64,000 nucleotides of DNA from an uncultured Akkermansia sp. (GTDB taxonomy: Bacteria > Bacteroidota > Bacteroidia > B-17B0 > Aurantibacillaceae): positions 8,201 through 72,200 of the forward strand of contig CAZPEC010000008.1 in the NCBI GenBank assembly GCA_964585565.1, in the 5' to 3' direction. How positions within the stretch are numbered: position 1 is the first letter of the stretch; each line of letters opens with the position of its first letter. The notes below the pieces were generated by a model. The model searched no databases. It had not been told where the DNA came from and saw nothing but the letters and a program-made list of their open reading frames with translations. Made by a program: the position numbers and the translations under genes. Shown piece by piece: positions 60,282-64,000 of the stretch.

Positions 60282-61514
60282 ATGACACTCGCCGCTAAAA
60301 ACATCATCTTTTCTGTTATTACTTTGTATATCATGGCATGCCATTCGGGCGGTAATGAGAAGAAAGAAAACACAAGCACCGCTTCTAATCAGACTGAAAA
60401 TACTGCCGAAAAACAAAATAATAATGCTCTAAAAAACAACGCTACTGTTCCTGTTAATGATACTTTAAATGATTTGGCCAATTTTATTGCCGGACAAACA
60501 AAACATTCTTACAAAACACTGGAAAAATTCAGAAAAGAAAAAAGTTTTCTTTCTTTCTCGGAAAATTTTTCCAAAAAATGGAAAAAGTTCGACTCCACTA
60601 AATTAGCCGGAATCCGAAATTTTACCCAACAAGATTTCAAACCCTACACGCAAACAAAAAATATTTTCTATCCTTTTTCCGGACCCGATGTGCTGTTTGC
60701 TTCCACCTTTTTTCCGGAGGCAAATAATTTTACACTCATAGGCCTGGAGCCGGTAGGAACCTTGCCTATTATTGATGATAAAGATTTAATCCCGGATTCT
60801 ATTCATCATTACTTCAATAAAATTAACACCTCGTTGTATGCCATTCTTAACTTCAGCTTTTTTAGAACCGTTGCCATGAAAGAAGATTTACGCAATACCG
60901 AAGTAGATGGCACCATTCATTTAATACTGCTTTTTTTAAATAAAACCGGCCACAACATTTGCAGTATAAAACCATTTTACATCGATAGTCTGGGGAATAA
61001 AAACTATGTAAAAAATACACTGGTACTTAAAAACAAAAATTACCGAAACAGCAGTATAGAAATTATTGTTAGCGATGCTGCCGGTAATACAAAAAATTAT
61101 ACCTACACCTCTACCGATTTGAGCGACGGTGGTCTTTTAAAAAACAAAGGGCTAATTACCTATCTCAAAAATCTGAATATGGAAACTACCTACCTGAAAG
61201 GTGCTTCTTACCTGATGCATAAACCCGGCTTTAAACAAATTCGGAATCTTATTTTGGACCTGAGCAACACCGTGGTGCAAGATGACAGCGGCATTGCCAT
61301 GCAATACATCAGCTCACATAAAGATAAATGGGAATACCATTTGTTTGGCGAATATCACAAGCCTATTCCCATGTTTTCTCAACATTATCAAAAAGATTTA
61401 GACTCGCTGTACAAAACACAAGGTTCCAAAAAGCTGGGCTTTGGTTTGGGGTATAACTACCGCGACAAAAACAGCAACTTTATGGTTATTAAAAAAACAG
61501 GAAAAACTTCTTGA
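60282..61514 (+). CDS. Lipoprotein of unknown function
   Basis: ATG at 60282 gives MTLAAKNIIFSVITLYIMAC (lipobox), followed by a low-complexity N/T/E linker and then a globular domain containing IFYPFSGPD. The ORF-track start at 60228 overlaps the permease and was rejected. Confidence 0.55.
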   Translation: MTLAAKNIIFSVITLYIMACHSGGNEKKENTSTASNQTENTAEKQNNNALKNNATVPVNDTLNDLANFIAGQTKHSYKTLEKFRKEKSFLSFSENFSKKWKKFDSTKLAGIRNFTQQDFKPYTQTKNIFYPFSGPDVLFASTFFPEANNFTLIGLEPVGTLPIIDDKDLIPDSIHHYFNKINTSLYAILNFSFFRTVAMKEDLRNTEVDGTIHLILLFLNKTGHNICSIKPFYIDSLGNKNYVKNTLVLKNKNYRNSSIEIIVSDAAGNTKNYTYTSTDLSDGGLLKNKGLITYLKNLNMETTYLKGASYLMHKPGFKQIRNLILDLSNTVVQDDSGIAMQYISSHKDKWEYHLFGEYHKPIPMFSQHYQKDLDSLYKTQGSKKLGFGLGYNYRDKNSNFMVIKKTGKTS

Positions 61515-62758
61515 TAAAATACCTATATAGCTGCTTGCTGTTACTCCCTCTGATTTTTCGCTCACAGGAAAACTCTAAATTGTTGCAGCAGGTTATTGAG
61601 AGCAAACCTAACCTAAATAAAATAATTCAACAACAGGAAGTTTATCAACCTCAAATTATTTATACTCAAATAAACCGCGATGCCAATAACAAACCATCCT
61701 TTACTCACCATTATTATTTAGTTGACAGCAGCCGCTACTTTTACTGCGCCAGCCTGGTTAAATTGCCCTGCTCCATCATGGCCCTGGAAAAGTTAAACGA
61801 ACTAAATATTCCGGGCTTAAACGAAAACAGTATTATGTTTACCAATGGCGTTTATCCCTGCAAAAACACCTGCGAGAAAGATAGCGCCACCGAAAACGGT
61901 TTTCCGAGTATAGCCGGATACATAAAAAAAATGCTGCTGGTAAGTGATAACTTCAGCTACAGCCGCGTATTTGAATTTTTAAATCCGGATTACATACAAG
62001 AAAGCCTGAAGAAAAAAGGTTATCCCCATGCCCGCATTATACATCGTTTTGATGCTCTTTGTAGGGAAGCGCCGGGCTATAAAATAAACCCCATTGATTT
62101 TTATGACGAAAAAATGAACCTGCTTTACCGCATAAAAGAGTATACAGCCAAACAAGGATACAAACATCCCTTTCATGAGCAAGTGATTTTGGGAAAAGAT
62201 GTGTACAATACAAAAGGCAAAAAAGTTTCAGAAAAAAAAGATTTTACTTTCTCCAATTTTATTTCGTTGGAAAACTTTCACAGCATGCTGCTAAGACTCT
62301 TATTTCACAAGCACCTGAACGAAAAAATGAAATATAATATTACCGAATACCAACGCAATTTTTTGGTAAAACACTTGGGCATGTACCCCTCCGAAAGCCA
62401 GTACCCTAAATACAACCCCGAGAATTTTAACGACTCCTTTAAAAAATATTTTATTTACGGAGGTGCCGAAAAAAAAATAAACTCCGACACCCTTCGGGTA
62501 TTTAACATGATAGGTTACTCCTACGGTTTTATAATGGATTGTGCCTACATAGTAAATTACAAAACCGGTGTTGAGTTTATGCTAAGCGCCGTATTATATA
62601 CCAACGCCCGAAACAGCTTTGGCAGCGGCGCTTACGAATACAAAGGTATAGCCATACCCTTTTTAAAAGAATTAAGCCTGGAGCTTTATAAACTGGAAAG
62701 CAAACGCGAAAAAAAATACAAACCCAATTTAAAAGAGTTTGCCTTGTTTGAAAAATAA
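61511..62758 (+). CDS. Secreted class A beta-lactamase-like serine hydrolase
   Basis: 415 aa with a signal peptide. S-x-x-K (CASLVKL), then an S-D-N triad (LLVSDNF) about 60 residues downstream, matching class A spacing. TTG start overlaps the upstream TGA. Confidence 0.6.
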   Translation: MIKYLYSCLLLLPLIFRSQENSKLLQQVIESKPNLNKIIQQQEVYQPQIIYTQINRDANNKPSFTHHYYLVDSSRYFYCASLVKLPCSIMALEKLNELNIPGLNENSIMFTNGVYPCKNTCEKDSATENGFPSIAGYIKKMLLVSDNFSYSRVFEFLNPDYIQESLKKKGYPHARIIHRFDALCREAPGYKINPIDFYDEKMNLLYRIKEYTAKQGYKHPFHEQVILGKDVYNTKGKKVSEKKDFTFSNFISLENFHSMLLRLLFHKHLNEKMKYNITEYQRNFLVKHLGMYPSESQYPKYNPENFNDSFKKYFIYGGAEKKINSDTLRVFNMIGYSYGFIMDCAYIVNYKTGVEFMLSAVLYTNARNSFGSGAYEYKGIAIPFLKELSLELYKLESKREKKYKPNLKEFALFEK

Positions 62759-62887
62759 CAATACAGCCTCCTTTTTTGTTCCCTAGCCATCCTCCTAAAT
62801 TCCTATAAATCAAGCCTAAGAACTTTATAAAGCATATTTTTTTTTTGAAATTAAAAATTTGCTTGGTAATTTGGGGTAACGAGAAAG

Positions 62888-62912
62888 AAAAAACCCCACG
62901 CAAGGCGCAGGG
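62888..62912 (-). terminator. Terminator-like hairpin plus U6, folding well only on the minus strand, 29 nt upstream of cas9
   Basis: Minus-strand RNA CCCUGCGC-CUU-GCGUGGGG forms 8 contiguous pairs (two are G-U), followed by UUUUUUC. On the plus strand the two G-U pairs become C-A mismatches. Confidence 0.45.
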
Positions 62913-62940
62913 TTTGTTTAATAAGAACATTATATACTTT

Positions 62941-64000
62941 ATGAATATGAGAAAGATTTTAGGTCTTGATTTAGGTGTGAGTTCAATTGGTTGGTCTCTC
63001 GTAAAAGAGGAAGGAGATAAACCATCGGAAATAATCGGAATGGGGGTAAGAATCATTCCATTAGACAAAGATGAGAGTGATGAATTTTCAACAGGAAATA
63101 AAATCACTAAAAATCAAAAAAGAACAACTAAACGTACGATGCGTAAAGGCTACTATCGATATACACTCAGACGCAAAGCCCTAACAATCGAGTTGAAAAA
63201 ACATAATATGTTTGACGAAAATCTTTTTCATATACCTCAGCTTAAATTATGGGGATTACGAGCAAAAGCCGTTACAGAAAAAATTAGTTTAAACGAATTA
63301 GGCAGAGTATTATATCATTTAAATCAAAAACGTGGCTACAAATCATCAAGAAGCGAAGAAAATGCGGATAAAAAAGATACAGAATATGTAGCAGATGTAA
63401 AAAACAGACATCAAAAATTAAAAGAAGAAGGAAGAACTATTGGCCAGAAATTTTTTGAGGAATTATCAAAAAATCAATACTACCGAACTAAACAACAAGT
63501 ATTTCCTCGTGAAGCATACATTGAAGAATATGATGCAATTATGCAAAAACAACAAGAGTATTATCCTGATATTCTAACAGATAATTTTATTAATTATCTT
63601 AAATATGATGTCATATATTTTCAACGAAAATTAAAATCACAGAAAGGCTTGGTAAGCATCTGTGAATTCGAAGGTTTTCATATGAAGAACAAAGAAGGAA
63701 AAGAAGTTTTTACAGGGCCTAAAGTAGCTCATAGAAGCAACCCATTATTTCAGGTTGAGAAAATTTGGGAAACCATAAACAATATTTCAATTAAGGATAA
63801 ACGAAATAGTGAATACTCAATAACAAATGAGCAAAAACAAATAATTTTTAAACATCTCGATAATCAGGAAAAGTTAAGTCAAAGCGAATTATTTAAAATT
63901 CTTCAGATAAAAGATAAAAGCGGTTGGTTTGGAAATAAAATGCTGAGTAAAGGTCTGCAAGGAAATCTTACAAAAGTTGCTATAAAAAATGCTATTGATA
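62941..64000 (+). CDS. cas9: Cas9 (type II-C-like), N-terminal 353 codons only; the ORF continues past the right edge
   Basis: Hand translation: MNMRKILGLDLGVSSIGWSLVKEEG... (RuvC-I). Arg-rich bridge helix KRTTKRTMRKGYYRYTLRRKAL. Also LYHLNQKRGY and IYFQRKLKSQKGLVSICEFE. No stop through 63999. Absent from the supplied ORF track. Confidence 0.9.
   Translation, partial: MNMRKILGLDLGVSSIGWSLVKEEGDKPSEIIGMGVRIIPLDKDESDEFSTGNKITKNQKRTTKRTMRKGYYRYTLRRKALTIELKKHNMFDENLFHIPQLKLWGLRAKAVTEKISLNELGRVLYHLNQKRGYKSSRSEENADKKDTEYVADVKNRHQKLKEEGRTIGQKFFEELSKNQYYRTKQQVFPREAYIEEYDAIMQKQQEYYPDILTDNFINYLKYDVIYFQRKLKSQKGLVSICEFEGFHMKNKEGKEVFTGPKVAHRSNPLFQVEKIWETINNISIKDKRNSEYSITNEQKQIIFKHLDNQEKLSQSELFKILQIKDKSGWFGNKMLSKGLQGNLTKVAIKNAID

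Noticed and set aside
62577-63107. 176-aa minus-strand ORF spanning the end of the beta-lactamase-like gene, the intergenic gap and the start of cas9.
   Set aside because: It is antisense to two well-supported genes and has low-complexity, Cys/Arg/Leu-rich shadow-frame composition with no recognisable motifs. The only minus-strand signal here is the short hairpin plus U-tract, which is reported separately.
1-64000. Search for CRISPR arrays, tRNA/rRNA genes, transposases, integrases and inverted terminal repeats.
   Set aside because: I saw no spaced direct repeats of 24-48 nt in any intergenic gap (the largest gaps are 255, 215, 188 and 182 nt), and no recombinase-like ORFs. Any array belonging to cas9 must lie outside the window. 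A manual scan cannot exclude short or degenerate elements.

Overview
This is a dense chromosomal window from a Bacteroidota genome, probably Flavobacteriia- or Cytophagia-like. Three things support that: gliding/T9SS genes, many lipoprotein and T9SS-tail signals, and TAnnTTTG-type -7 boxes. I call about 50 CDS, nearly all housekeeping or cell-envelope genes. By eye I found no rRNA, tRNA, transposase, integrase or CRISPR array. Landmarks are a MBOAT/AlgJ-like O-acylation pair, ftsE, fumC, hrpB, a murF-gldJ-porP/sprF-like-porU-porV block (15.1-23.1 kb), rpe, panB, sucC, msrB, tsaB, fmt and alaS. The one clear accessory or defence element is the 5' ~1.06 kb of a type II-C-like cas9. It starts at 62941 and runs off the right edge, so it has no stop in the window and is missing from the supplied ORF track. 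Just upstream of it is a hairpin plus U-tract that folds properly only on the opposite strand. I do not see a convincing, wholly novel multi-gene system. The candidates worth follow-up are the cas9 leader region, a DUF2779 Cas4-like nuclease, a comA-rhodanese-dedA block, and several tightly coupled pairs of uncharacterised secreted proteins. Several ORF-track entries carry N-terminal extensions from upstream TTG/GTG codons, and I trimmed these to the start that fits the conserved N-terminus or signal peptide. All family calls rest on motifs read by eye; no searches were run.
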